A stretch of 52,995 nucleotides of DNA from Planctomycetota bacterium (GTDB lineage Bacteria > Planctomycetota > UBA8742 > UBA2392). This document shows positions 36,227 through 44,509 of the stretch, one piece after another. Within the stretch, counting starts at the first letter, position 1. Each line of letters begins with the position of its first letter. The notes beneath the pieces are model-generated. The model saw only the letters and a list, made by a program, of their open reading frames with translations. It was not told the origin of the DNA and ran no database searches. The stretch is from positions 4,467 to 57,461 of the forward strand of contig JAGQRI010000023.1 of the NCBI GenBank assembly GCA_020425515.1. Direction: 5' to 3'. The translations under genes and the position numbers were made by a program.

Positions 36227-37330
36227 ATGAACTCGCTGTTCGCAGACAGTGACATTGCAGATATCGTCGCCAAGGTCGAGGCCGAAGAACGCCTGACGCC
36301 CGCGGACGGGCTGCGCCTGCTGAAAACGGCGGACATCGCGGCGCTGGGGTACGCGGCCAACCTCGTGCGCGAGCGCCTGCACGGCGACACCACCACCTAC
36401 ATCGTCAACCGCTACCTGCACTACAGCAATGTCTGCTGGGATACTTGCAAGTTCTGCAGCTTCTACCGCAAACCCGGCGAGCCCGGCAGCTTCACCAAGC
36501 CCGTCGAAGAGATCGTGGACTGGGCGCAGCAGTTCAAGGGCCAGGGCGTACAGGAGCTGCACATCGTCGGCGGGCTGCACCCCGCACTGAAGTACGACTA
36601 CTATCTCGACATGCTGCGCGGGCTGAAGGATGTGCTGCCTGAAACGTCGCTGAAGGGTTTCACCAGCGTCGAGATCGACTGGTTCAGCCGCATCAGCCGC
36701 AAGGACGCACGTACCGTGATGGCCGAGATGAACGAGGCCGGGCTGGACTCCCTGACCGGCGGCGGCGCCGAGATTTTCGCTGAGGATGTCCGGAAGCAGA
36801 TCTGCCCGAACAAAATCGGCGCGGACCGCTACTTCGAGATTCACGGCATCGCGCACGAAATGGGCCTGAAAACCCAGGTCACGATGCTGTACGGGCACAT
36901 TGAGTCGGACGAAGACCGCATCGACCACCTGATGCGCATCCGTGACTTCAATGAGCGCACCGGCGGCTTCCAGGTATTCATTCCGCTCGCCTATCACCCG
37001 GAAAACAACGCGCTGCGCGGCGTGCGACGCGCCAGCGGCATGACCGACCTGAAGGTGTACGCCGTGTCGCGCCTGATGCTCGACAACGTCCCCCACCTCA
37101 AGTGCTACTGGATCAGCGCCGGACTGAAGCTGAGCCAGGTTGCGCTGGGTTACGGCGTCGACGACCTCGACGGCATCGTTTACGAGCACGAACGCATCTT
37201 CCATGACGCCGGTTCCGGCACCCCGCAGAAACTGGGTGAAGAAGACGTGCGCAAACTGATCCGCGACGCGGGGCGAGTGCCTTGCAGACGTGATTCCCGT
37301 TACAACTTGCTTGAAGAAGTCGCGGCCTGA
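36227..37330 (+). CDS. Radical SAM enzyme of the futalosine menaquinone pathway (MqnC/MqnE family)
   Basis: ATG at 36227 follows GGAGAG. CWDTCKFCSF (CxxxCxxC), ELHIVGGLHP, FTSVEI, GGGAEIF and VTMLYGHIE are present. I cannot separate MqnC from MqnE by eye. Confidence 0.85.
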   Translation: MNSLFADSDIADIVAKVEAEERLTPADGLRLLKTADIAALGYAANLVRERLHGDTTTYIVNRYLHYSNVCWDTCKFCSFYRKPGEPGSFTKPVEEIVDWAQQFKGQGVQELHIVGGLHPALKYDYYLDMLRGLKDVLPETSLKGFTSVEIDWFSRISRKDARTVMAEMNEAGLDSLTGGGAEIFAEDVRKQICPNKIGADRYFEIHGIAHEMGLKTQVTMLYGHIESDEDRIDHLMRIRDFNERTGGFQVFIPLAYHPENNALRGVRRASGMTDLKVYAVSRLMLDNVPHLKCYWISAGLKLSQVALGYGVDDLDGIVYEHERIFHDAGSGTPQKLGEEDVRKLIRDAGRVPCRRDSRYNLLEEVAA

Positions 37331-37373
37331 AGGACGATAAACAGGTATCTGATTGCGGATTCGGGACAAAACC

Positions 37374-39395
37374 ATGAATCGACTTACTGTGTTACTTGCG
37401 CTGTTCGTGTTTGCGGCACTTTCCACGACTGCTGCATTGGCCTTCTCGCAGGACGCCAAGCCCGTCGCCACGGAAGCAAGCAAAGACGGCGAAACGGCCA
37501 AGCCTGCTGCTGACCGCGAAACCGGCGATGCCAAGGAGGGTGAGGAAGGCGAAGACGACGACGTAGTCGACGCCGGCATCCCCGCCGATTTCAACGCCTA
37601 CCTGAAGAAGCTGTATCCGAACCTCGACCCGGGTGGCGAGCACGACCTGTTCAACCTGAAGAACTATGTGAACGCTGAAAAGCGCTTCCACTACACCGTC
37701 AACATGACCCAGTTGCTGCTTGAGTACATGAAGACGCTCGGGCTCGGCTCCACGATCTCCAAGCTGTTCGACCAGTACTCACGGGGCAAGCAGGGCAACC
37801 AGCCCACCTTCAAGGTGCTGCACGCCATCGAAATGATGTACTACCCGCCGGGCCAGCCCAATGTGGTCGGGGCGCAGAAACTACTGCGCGAAGCGGCCGA
37901 AAAGGCGCCCGATTACGCGTACCCCTGGTACGTTCTCGCCCAGTTCGAGTACGCGCGCTTCACCGGCGCCATGCAGCAAGGCGGCGACGTCAGCCCGCGC
38001 GCCGTCTTGCAGATGATCGACAAGGCGCTCGAGATCCGGCCCCAGTTTCTCCGGGTGGTGCTGCTGAAGGGGCAGGTTTTCATGCAGGCGAAGCCGCCGC
38101 GTACATCCGACGTGCGCGAGCTGATTGAGCCCTGGATCGACGTCAAGAAGCTGCCCGCCGATGCCGAGGAATTCGAAGACACGCTGCGCCTCTACATTGC
38201 GTCGCACAAGGCTGAGCAGTTCTTTGAACTGGTCGGGAAGCTGGCAGCTTCCAGCAAGCTCTCGGCGCGGCAGCGCGTTGCGATGGAAATCTTTGCCGGT
38301 GAAGTTGCCCGCCAGACCAACAAGGTTGATGAGGCTATCGGCCACCTGGAAGAAGCGATCAAGTTTGCCGACGCGAAGGATAACCCGGCCGCGGCGATGA
38401 GCGCGCACCGGTCGCTGTCGCTGTGCTGGTTCCTGAAGGCCAGCGACATTCACGAGAAAGACCCGGAGTTGACGGACAAAGAGAACAAAAAGAAGTTTGA
38501 AGAGTTCCGGGAAGCCGCCCGGGCCGAGAACCTGCTGTGTGCCGGCATCGAGCGCGACAACATGCCGCTGAGCCTGCGCGGGTCGGCAGCCGGGCAGTAC
38601 GCGCAGTTCATCTGGAAGGCCATGGAGAAGACCGAGGAAGCCAAGAAGTGGCTCGACGCCTACCTGGAAGAAACCGATCTCTCCACCGCGCACCGTAATC
38701 AGCTCGAGAACCTGAGCGACCTGATCGGCCTGGAGTTGGACCCGACCGAAGAAGGCCTGATCAGACGCTACAAGGGCCAGGTCGAGCGTGACGAGATGGA
38801 GGAACTTGCGAACAGCCTCGGATTGGTCTTGGCCAGAAACCAGCGAGACGCCGAGCACTTCAAGCAACAGGCTTCGCTTGACTTCTTCCTCAGTCAGCTC
38901 GACAACCGGAACCGTCTGGTCGTGGAGTTTGTGGCCTTGCTGGCCGCTGACACGGCTTTGCAGATCGGTGGCGAGCAGGTCGAGAAGACGGCCAAGGCAA
39001 TCACCGACCGTTTCGTCAAGGAAACTGAGTTGAACTCGGAGTCCCAGGCCCACCTGCAGGAGCATCTGTGCGTTGCCATTCAATTCACCTCGCACAAGCC
39101 TTCAATCGAACGGGCGGTTCGCCAGTCAGCAAAACTCATCGATGGCGCGCAGGACAACGTTGATATTCGTACGTTGATGCGCGGCATCGTAAACGTCTGG
39201 AAGGACCCCGCATTCCTGGCCGGTTTCGAGCCGCCGATTCCGGAGCCGTCCCGCACGGCGCTGTTCCGACCGCAAGGGGCGATTGACTGGCTGAATGATG
39301 AACTCGCTGACCGGGTCAAGGAGGACATCGAGCAGGAAAGCGCGAAGGACAAGCCGGACGATGGCGGTAAAGAGGGTGACGGCGCTGAAAGGTAG
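37374..39395 (+). CDS. Secreted helical-repeat (TPR-like) hypothetical protein
   Basis: ATG at 37374 gives the signal peptide MNRLTVLLALFVFAALSTTAALA. An acidic segment follows, and the rest looks alpha-helical and repeat-like. Confidence 0.75.
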   Translation: MNRLTVLLALFVFAALSTTAALAFSQDAKPVATEASKDGETAKPAADRETGDAKEGEEGEDDDVVDAGIPADFNAYLKKLYPNLDPGGEHDLFNLKNYVNAEKRFHYTVNMTQLLLEYMKTLGLGSTISKLFDQYSRGKQGNQPTFKVLHAIEMMYYPPGQPNVVGAQKLLREAAEKAPDYAYPWYVLAQFEYARFTGAMQQGGDVSPRAVLQMIDKALEIRPQFLRVVLLKGQVFMQAKPPRTSDVRELIEPWIDVKKLPADAEEFEDTLRLYIASHKAEQFFELVGKLAASSKLSARQRVAMEIFAGEVARQTNKVDEAIGHLEEAIKFADAKDNPAAAMSAHRSLSLCWFLKASDIHEKDPELTDKENKKKFEEFREAARAENLLCAGIERDNMPLSLRGSAAGQYAQFIWKAMEKTEEAKKWLDAYLEETDLSTAHRNQLENLSDLIGLELDPTEEGLIRRYKGQVERDEMEELANSLGLVLARNQRDAEHFKQQASLDFFLSQLDNRNRLVVEFVALLAADTALQIGGEQVEKTAKAITDRFVKETELNSESQAHLQEHLCVAIQFTSHKPSIERAVRQSAKLIDGAQDNVDIRTLMRGIVNVWKDPAFLAGFEPPIPEPSRTALFRPQGAIDWLNDELADRVKEDIEQESAKDKPDDGGKEGDGAER

Positions 39396-39408
39396 TCTCA
39401 CAAACAAT

Positions 39409-39441
39409 GAAACGGGACGGGCGATTGCCCGTCCCGTTTTC
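39409..39441. terminator. Perfect hairpin between convergent genes (bidirectional intrinsic terminator candidate)
   Basis: gaaacgggacgggc / gatt / gcccgtcccgtttc forms a 14-bp perfect stem with TTTTC on the plus side and A-rich flank on the other. The NUDIX stop codon lies in the 3' arm. Confidence 0.6.
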
Positions 39442-39877
39442 ATTGGATCAACCCGGCCGTGCGCAGGTGTGCATCGGCGGCGCGCAGGACCTCACGCATT
39501 TGCTCGAAGGGAATCTTCTGCAGGGCGTCATTGAGCGTGAACCAGCCGTGGTCGCTGTGTTCGGGACTGCGTTGCACGTTCGATTCGTCCGTGGCGGCGA
39601 GCATGTAGTCGACGCGCTTGTGGTACTTGCCGCGCTCGGTGTCCACGTCGTACTCGATGGTCCCTGTGAAGCCCTCGACAGGCGTGACCTGGCTGATGCC
39701 GGTTTCTTCCTCCAGCTCTCGTCTGGCGGTTTGCAGCGGGCCGGTGTCTTCCGGGTCGGCGTGGCCTTTCGGGGGGAGCCAGTTGCCGTGGCTGCTGCTG
39801 CGCATCAGCAGGTATTTGGCCACTCCGTTTTCGATGTGTGCCAGCACGAAGCCGGCCGCGGTTCGGGTTTCGCTCAT
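39440..39877 (-). CDS. NUDIX hydrolase (Ap4A-hydrolase-like size and box)
   Basis: ATG at 39877 shares ATGA with the upstream stop. The Nudix box is GHADPEDTGPLQTARRELEEETGI. Confidence 0.85.
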   Translation of the reverse strand: MSETRTAAGFVLAHIENGVAKYLLMRSSSHGNWLPPKGHADPEDTGPLQTARRELEEETGISQVTPVEGFTGTIEYDVDTERGKYHKRVDYMLAATDESNVQRSPEHSDHGWFTLNDALQKIPFEQMREVLRAADAHLRTAGLIQ

Positions 39878-40824
39878 GGCGCCTCGTCGATCTTCCATTC
39901 GTTCCCGTCACGCACGACCGGCACGGAAACCGTGCGCTCATCCGTGTCACCCGTACGCTGGAGTTTCAGTTTGACGCGTACGGTGGCGCGTGCTGGGTCG
40001 TCCTCTTCGATCACGGAATCCAGGATTTCCCACGACATCAGGCGCTTGCGTAGCTTGTCGAGTTTGGCGGTTACGTCTTCCAGGTTGCTTTCGCTGACCC
40101 GGCGGGTGGGGTGACAGTCCAGCAGCCGGTCCGCGTCGCCCTTCTCGATCGCTTTCCAGGCCGTCTCGACGACCCGCTGCGGCGTCGCGAAGGGTGAGTC
40201 ACCGGCGTCGCTCTCGGCGAGCTCGGCGCGCAGGCGGGCCAGCTCTTTTCGCAGCGCGGTTTCCTGCGCGTCCAGCTCGGTGCGTTTTTCCGTGATCAGC
40301 TTCAGGGCCTGTTCGATTCGCTCAATCCGCTCGGCGGGTGTCAGCGTTTCCACTGGTTCACCGATGCGGGGGATCGAGTACCAGCGCCAGTGCGTGCCGT
40401 CTTCACTGAGCGTCATCTTCACGCGGAACTTTTCGGTGGCGCCCTCTTTGGTGTCCATACTGATCACGAGTTCGGCGCGCCCGTTCTCAAGGTCCGGCTT
40501 GGGTTCCTCAAGAATCTTCACGTTGCGGCTGCGGTAGGTTTCGCGGAACTGCGTGCTGCCGAACAGCGCGAACCATTGCGACCGCAACTCCGTTTGCTCG
40601 TCCTCCGTGTAGACCTTGCCTTCTTCAGCAGAGCGCTCTTTCAGCCAAGTGTCGAAGTCGAAGTAGCGCTCGAAGGTGGCCTGCTGTGCGTCGGCATCAA
40701 TGTCTTTGTCGAGCACGGCGTTGACGAAAGCCTCGTAGGATTCGCGCGGCGTCTGCGACGCGTCGTCGGCCAGCACGGTGCAGACAAGCAGCATCAGGAA
40801 GGCGATTGCGGCGGATGTGCGCAT
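39874..40824 (-). CDS. Secreted hypothetical protein: two similar roughly 110-aa domains joined by a coiled coil
   Basis: Signal peptide MRTSAAIAFLMLLVCTVLA. The central segment AERIERIEQALKLITEKRTELDAQETALRKELARLRAELAE looks like a coiled coil. The flanking halves look NTF2-like, which is inference. Confidence 0.7.
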   Translation of the reverse strand: MRTSAAIAFLMLLVCTVLADDASQTPRESYEAFVNAVLDKDIDADAQQATFERYFDFDTWLKERSAEEGKVYTEDEQTELRSQWFALFGSTQFRETYRSRNVKILEEPKPDLENGRAELVISMDTKEGATEKFRVKMTLSEDGTHWRWYSIPRIGEPVETLTPAERIERIEQALKLITEKRTELDAQETALRKELARLRAELAESDAGDSPFATPQRVVETAWKAIEKGDADRLLDCHPTRRVSESNLEDVTAKLDKLRKRLMSWEILDSVIEEDDPARATVRVKLKLQRTGDTDERTVSVPVVRDGNEWKIDEAP

Positions 40825-40867
40825 AGCGGCCTTTGACCGGGGTTTGCAGGAAAGTTAGCTTGATTCC

Positions 40868-41221
40868 ATGGGTTTGACAGGTCAAGCCATGCTGATGACG
40901 ACGACATCGGGGCTCGAGGGCTTCGTGATCACCAAGTATCTCGGGCTGGTTGCCGGGCAGGCGGCGATCGCACCGGTTGAGCTGCGCGATTTCGCGAACT
41001 TCATCCGGCGCGAAGGCGGCGGGCGACACCCCGAGTTCGAGCGCATGATCCTGGAAACCCGCCACTCCGCCATGATGAGCCTCGAGGGCCAGGCACAGGA
41101 GTTGGGGGCCAACGCCATCATCGGCGTCAGCTTCGACTACGCCAACCTCGCCAGCGACGGCCTGGTGCTGATCACCGTAAGCGGCACCGCCGTCCAGGCC
41201 GAAGACAAGAAGAACCTTTAG
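40868..41221 (+). CDS. YbjQ/UPF0145 family protein
   Basis: MLMTTTSGLEGFVITKYLGLV, ANAIIGVSFDY and ITVSGTAV match the family pattern. The true start may be ATG at 40889. Confidence 0.85.
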   Translation: MGLTGQAMLMTTTSGLEGFVITKYLGLVAGQAAIAPVELRDFANFIRREGGGRHPEFERMILETRHSAMMSLEGQAQELGANAIIGVSFDYANLASDGLVLITVSGTAVQAEDKKNL

Positions 41222-41300
41222 GCACACAAGCCAGGAACTGCAGGCCTCGCGCAGAGATAAGGAGGCCGCAGAGGACTGCTGTTGGCAGTCGTCTTTCTCC

Positions 41301-41339
41301 GCGGTCCCTGCGCACACTGTGCGAGGTCCGCTTTTCTTT
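41301..41339 (+). terminator. Intrinsic terminator candidate after the YbjQ-like gene
   Basis: gcggtccctgcgca / cact / gtgcgaggtccgc forms an imperfect 13-14 bp stem with 2 mismatches and 2 G-U pairs, followed by ttttctttg. Confidence 0.5.
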
Positions 41340-41375
41340 GTGGCTTAGTGTCTTCGTGTGGGCTAATCCATAGCC

Positions 41376-42365
41376 ATGGAGCTCGATCACCTTCACGGTT
41401 TCAACCCGCACGCGAAGTTCCCGGTGTTCGTGGTGCTTGGGCCCACGGCGAGCGGCAAGTCGCGCCTTGCCGTGCAGGTCGCCGAGCGTGTCGGTGGCGA
41501 GATCCTGAGTGTCGACGCGCTCAAGGTCTATCGCGGCATGGATGTCGGCACGGCCAAACCGACCGCGGATGAACTCGAACGCATCCCCCACCACGGCATC
41601 GACCTGGTGGACGCGAGCGATGAATTCAGCGTCGCCGAGTTCATCGACTACGCGCAGCCGAAGATCGCCGAGATCGTGAAGCGCAGGCACGTTCCGGTGC
41701 TGGACGCCACCGCGCCGTACTACCTGAAAGCGCTGGTCTACGGCATCGACCGCGGACCCGGCCCGCAGCCGGAATTCCGCGACGAAATGGAACAGCGCCC
41801 GCTGGACGAAATCTACGCTGAACTGCAGCAGAAGGACCCGGCCCGCGCCGAGAGCATCGGCCCCACCGATCGCAAACGCCTGGTGCGCGCGCTGGAGATC
41901 ATCCACTTCGGCGAGAAGCTTCCCAGCGAAGTCGAGCAATGGGGCAAACCGCGCGGGAACTACCGCTGGATTTTCACCGGTATTCGCTGGCCGCGCGAGA
42001 TGCTGTACCAGCGCGTGAAAGAGCGCGCGGAGAAGATGTTCCAGAACGGCTGGCTGCACGAGGTGCAGACGATCCTGGCGGGGAAGGGCTTCTCGAGTAC
42101 CAGCGGCAAGGCCCACGGCTACCGGCGGCTGCAGCAGTACATTGCCGGTGAGTTGACGTGGGAAGAGTGCATCGAGGAAACGGTCCGCGACGTCAAGCAG
42201 TTCGCGCGCAAGAGCATGACGTTCTTCAAGGGCTTCCCGAAAGTGCAGTGGCTGGACGTGACCACGGAAGAGGAAATTGACCGCGCGGCCGCGTACCTCA
42301 GCCATGAGTTGAAGGACATGCTCAGCCAGTGCGGCGTGCCCCGGGACGAGATCGATCTGCCGTGA
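41376..42365 (+). CDS. miaA: tRNA dimethylallyltransferase
   Basis: VVLGPTASGKSRLAVQVAE (P-loop), ILSVDALKVYRGMDVGTAKPT, HHGIDL and RALE are present. Confidence 0.9.
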   Translation: MELDHLHGFNPHAKFPVFVVLGPTASGKSRLAVQVAERVGGEILSVDALKVYRGMDVGTAKPTADELERIPHHGIDLVDASDEFSVAEFIDYAQPKIAEIVKRRHVPVLDATAPYYLKALVYGIDRGPGPQPEFRDEMEQRPLDEIYAELQQKDPARAESIGPTDRKRLVRALEIIHFGEKLPSEVEQWGKPRGNYRWIFTGIRWPREMLYQRVKERAEKMFQNGWLHEVQTILAGKGFSSTSGKAHGYRRLQQYIAGELTWEECIEETVRDVKQFARKSMTFFKGFPKVQWLDVTTEEEIDRAAAYLSHELKDMLSQCGVPRDEIDLP

Positions 42366-42449
42366 GCAGCGGCGGATCCGGTGCGTGCTTCTTGCCGGTT
42401 GGTCCCCGGTTTGTTCTATTCTTCACACGCGTTCGCTCACGGAAATCCT

Positions 42450-43256
42450 ATGGGTGCGGTAACGATGCCCAATGCCGAATCGCCCGGAAACGGCGGCGCT
42501 GCCATCGTGCGTGCGCGCTCCCGCCATGATGCAGGCGCGCTGGCCTCGGGCTATACCCGCCTGCAGCACTGGCTCAACGTTCTGGGGCTCTGTGCTTTCT
42601 GCGTTGCGGCGGTACTGGTCGGCGCGCACGTCTTTTCGCGGCCGGTGGGCTGGATTTCGCTCACGGTTGGTTTCCTGGCGGGCTGGGTGCTGACCGATTT
42701 CATCTGCGGCATGATTCACTGGGCGGGCGACACGTGGGGCCGAACCGGCATGCCGATCCTCGGGCGCATGTTCGTGCGCTCGTTCCGCGAACACCATGTG
42801 AACCCGCGCGCGATTACACATCACGGCATGGTCCAGTTGCTTGGTGAGCAGGCGATTGTGGCGGCGCCGATGCTTCCGATGCTGTGGTTCTACGAACCGG
42901 AAGAAGAACTCGGCGTCACGCTGCTGGTTTCGGTCTACACGGCATTCAACGCTTCGCTTGCGGCCAACGTGTTTCATCGCTGGGCGCACATGCGCAAACC
43001 GCCGTTCATTGCCCGCTTGATGCAGCGCACGGGACTGATCATCGGCTACCGCCACCACGCGCGGCATCACCGCCCGCCCTATTTGCGCAACTACTGCATC
43101 GCCATCGGCTGGCTCAATCCGCTGCTGGACGGCGTGCGCTTCTGGCGCGGGCTGGAATGGCTGATCTGGAAAACCACCGGCGCGGTCCCCCGCGAGGACG
43201 ACCTCGGGCGCGAAGCCGCCCTTGCACTCATGCGCGGCGAAGCCCGCCCCGACTAG
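42450..43256 (+). CDS. CarF/TMEM189(PEDS1)-family membrane desaturase-like protein
   Basis: Histidine clusters HWAGD, REHHVNP, THH, HRWAH and HHARHH lie among hydrophobic segments. The pattern matches my memory of the Kua/TMEM189/CarF family. Start chosen at ATG 42450. Confidence 0.75.
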   Translation: MGAVTMPNAESPGNGGAAIVRARSRHDAGALASGYTRLQHWLNVLGLCAFCVAAVLVGAHVFSRPVGWISLTVGFLAGWVLTDFICGMIHWAGDTWGRTGMPILGRMFVRSFREHHVNPRAITHHGMVQLLGEQAIVAAPMLPMLWFYEPEEELGVTLLVSVYTAFNASLAANVFHRWAHMRKPPFIARLMQRTGLIIGYRHHARHHRPPYLRNYCIAIGWLNPLLDGVRFWRGLEWLIWKTTGAVPREDDLGREAALALMRGEARPD

Positions 43257-44500
43257 CGCCCGTGGCGCCGCTGCCAGTTGTCCTGGATGTTTGTCAGCAC
43301 GGCGCCCGTCGGAGGCTCGCACACCGTGTTCAGGTCAACCTTGATCCCGTAGCCGGCCAGGTCATTGAACATGCTGCCCGCGAACTTGATCGGGACGCGC
43401 ACGTTCCCCGGCCGGAAGCCGTGATTCAGTGACAGGCGCTGGATGCGCTCGGACATCAGGAAATCGAGGAACACCTTGGCGGCCTTCTTGTGCGCGTCAT
43501 CGGACCAGGGCACGTTGAGGATGTAGTAGGGGTTGTCGTTCAGGACGTTGCGCTCGGGATAGACCACGCGGATATCGCCCCAGCGCCCGGCCGCCGTCGC
43601 GACGTTTTCCATGGCGACGTTCTCGTACACCATTACGCAGTCGAACTTTGACGGGCCCATCTGGACCATGCGCTTCATCAGGGTGCCGGTGCTGTGGACG
43701 CTGTAGTCCACGCCCTTCTCCAGGCTCTCAAACCAGGTCTGGAAGTCCGGGTCGAGGATGTCCTTCAGGGTCAGTTCCTTGATCTTCTTGTGGTAGTCGT
43801 AGGCCATCAGGATCAGGCTGACCAGCCCGCTGTTTGATTTGTTCGGATGGGTGTGGCCGAACTTGAACAGTCCCCAGTCGGATTTGCCGGCAATGGCATC
43901 CCAGCCGCCGGGTTCGTTCAGGGCCTGCTCAATGGTGCTGAAGCTGACCTCGCCGTACTTGGCGATGAACTCCTGGTAGCGTTCCTCCCACATCACGAAG
44001 ACCATCGGCGAGATCGCCAGGATGTCCTCCGCGTAGAACGGGTTGCCGTTGAACTTCAACTGCCAGTCCACCTTGAAACTGTCCTTGTACACCGAGCTTG
44101 CCGGGCTCCAGACGTGGATGCGCTTGTCCTCGGCCAATACGGCGTGGGCGCCTTCGATTGAGCCCATCGGGATCAGGTTGACTTTCACCTGGCGCGCGCC
44201 GGGGGTCTTCTCCCATTCCGTGACGGCCTCTTTGAGCCAGCGTTCCTTCTCGGTCCCGTAGGCGATGCCGATTTCGATCTGCTCGCCGTCCGGAGTAATC
44301 GCCGGGCCGGCGTCCGTGTGCTCCGCGCTGTCGCTGTTGCCCTGTGCCTCCGTGTTTTCCCCCACGCCGAACAGGTCGGCGCCGACGAAGATTGCGACGA
44401 CACCGATGGCCGCCACGACCGCGCAGAACACGCCTGCGATCCCGATCAGCATGATGTTCTTGCGCGAGTTGGTTTCGGCGTACGCTTCGTAGTCCTTCAT
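43253..44500 (-). CDS. Membrane-anchored solute-binding-protein-like protein (paralogue of the N-half of the next gene)
   Basis: N-terminal TM IMLIGIAGVFCAVVAAIGVVAIFV. It shares GxEKxxW, PMGS, SPAS, FGHTHPxxSNSGLxSL, VMYEN and GFRP blocks with 44510-46222. Confidence 0.8.
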   Translation of the reverse strand: MKDYEAYAETNSRKNIMLIGIAGVFCAVVAAIGVVAIFVGADLFGVGENTEAQGNSDSAEHTDAGPAITPDGEQIEIGIAYGTEKERWLKEAVTEWEKTPGARQVKVNLIPMGSIEGAHAVLAEDKRIHVWSPASSVYKDSFKVDWQLKFNGNPFYAEDILAISPMVFVMWEERYQEFIAKYGEVSFSTIEQALNEPGGWDAIAGKSDWGLFKFGHTHPNKSNSGLVSLILMAYDYHKKIKELTLKDILDPDFQTWFESLEKGVDYSVHSTGTLMKRMVQMGPSKFDCVMVYENVAMENVATAAGRWGDIRVVYPERNVLNDNPYYILNVPWSDDAHKKAAKVFLDFLMSERIQRLSLNHGFRPGNVRVPIKFAGSMFNDLAGYGIKVDLNTVCEPPTGAVLTNIQDNWQRRHGR

Positions 44501-44509
44501 GTACTTCTC

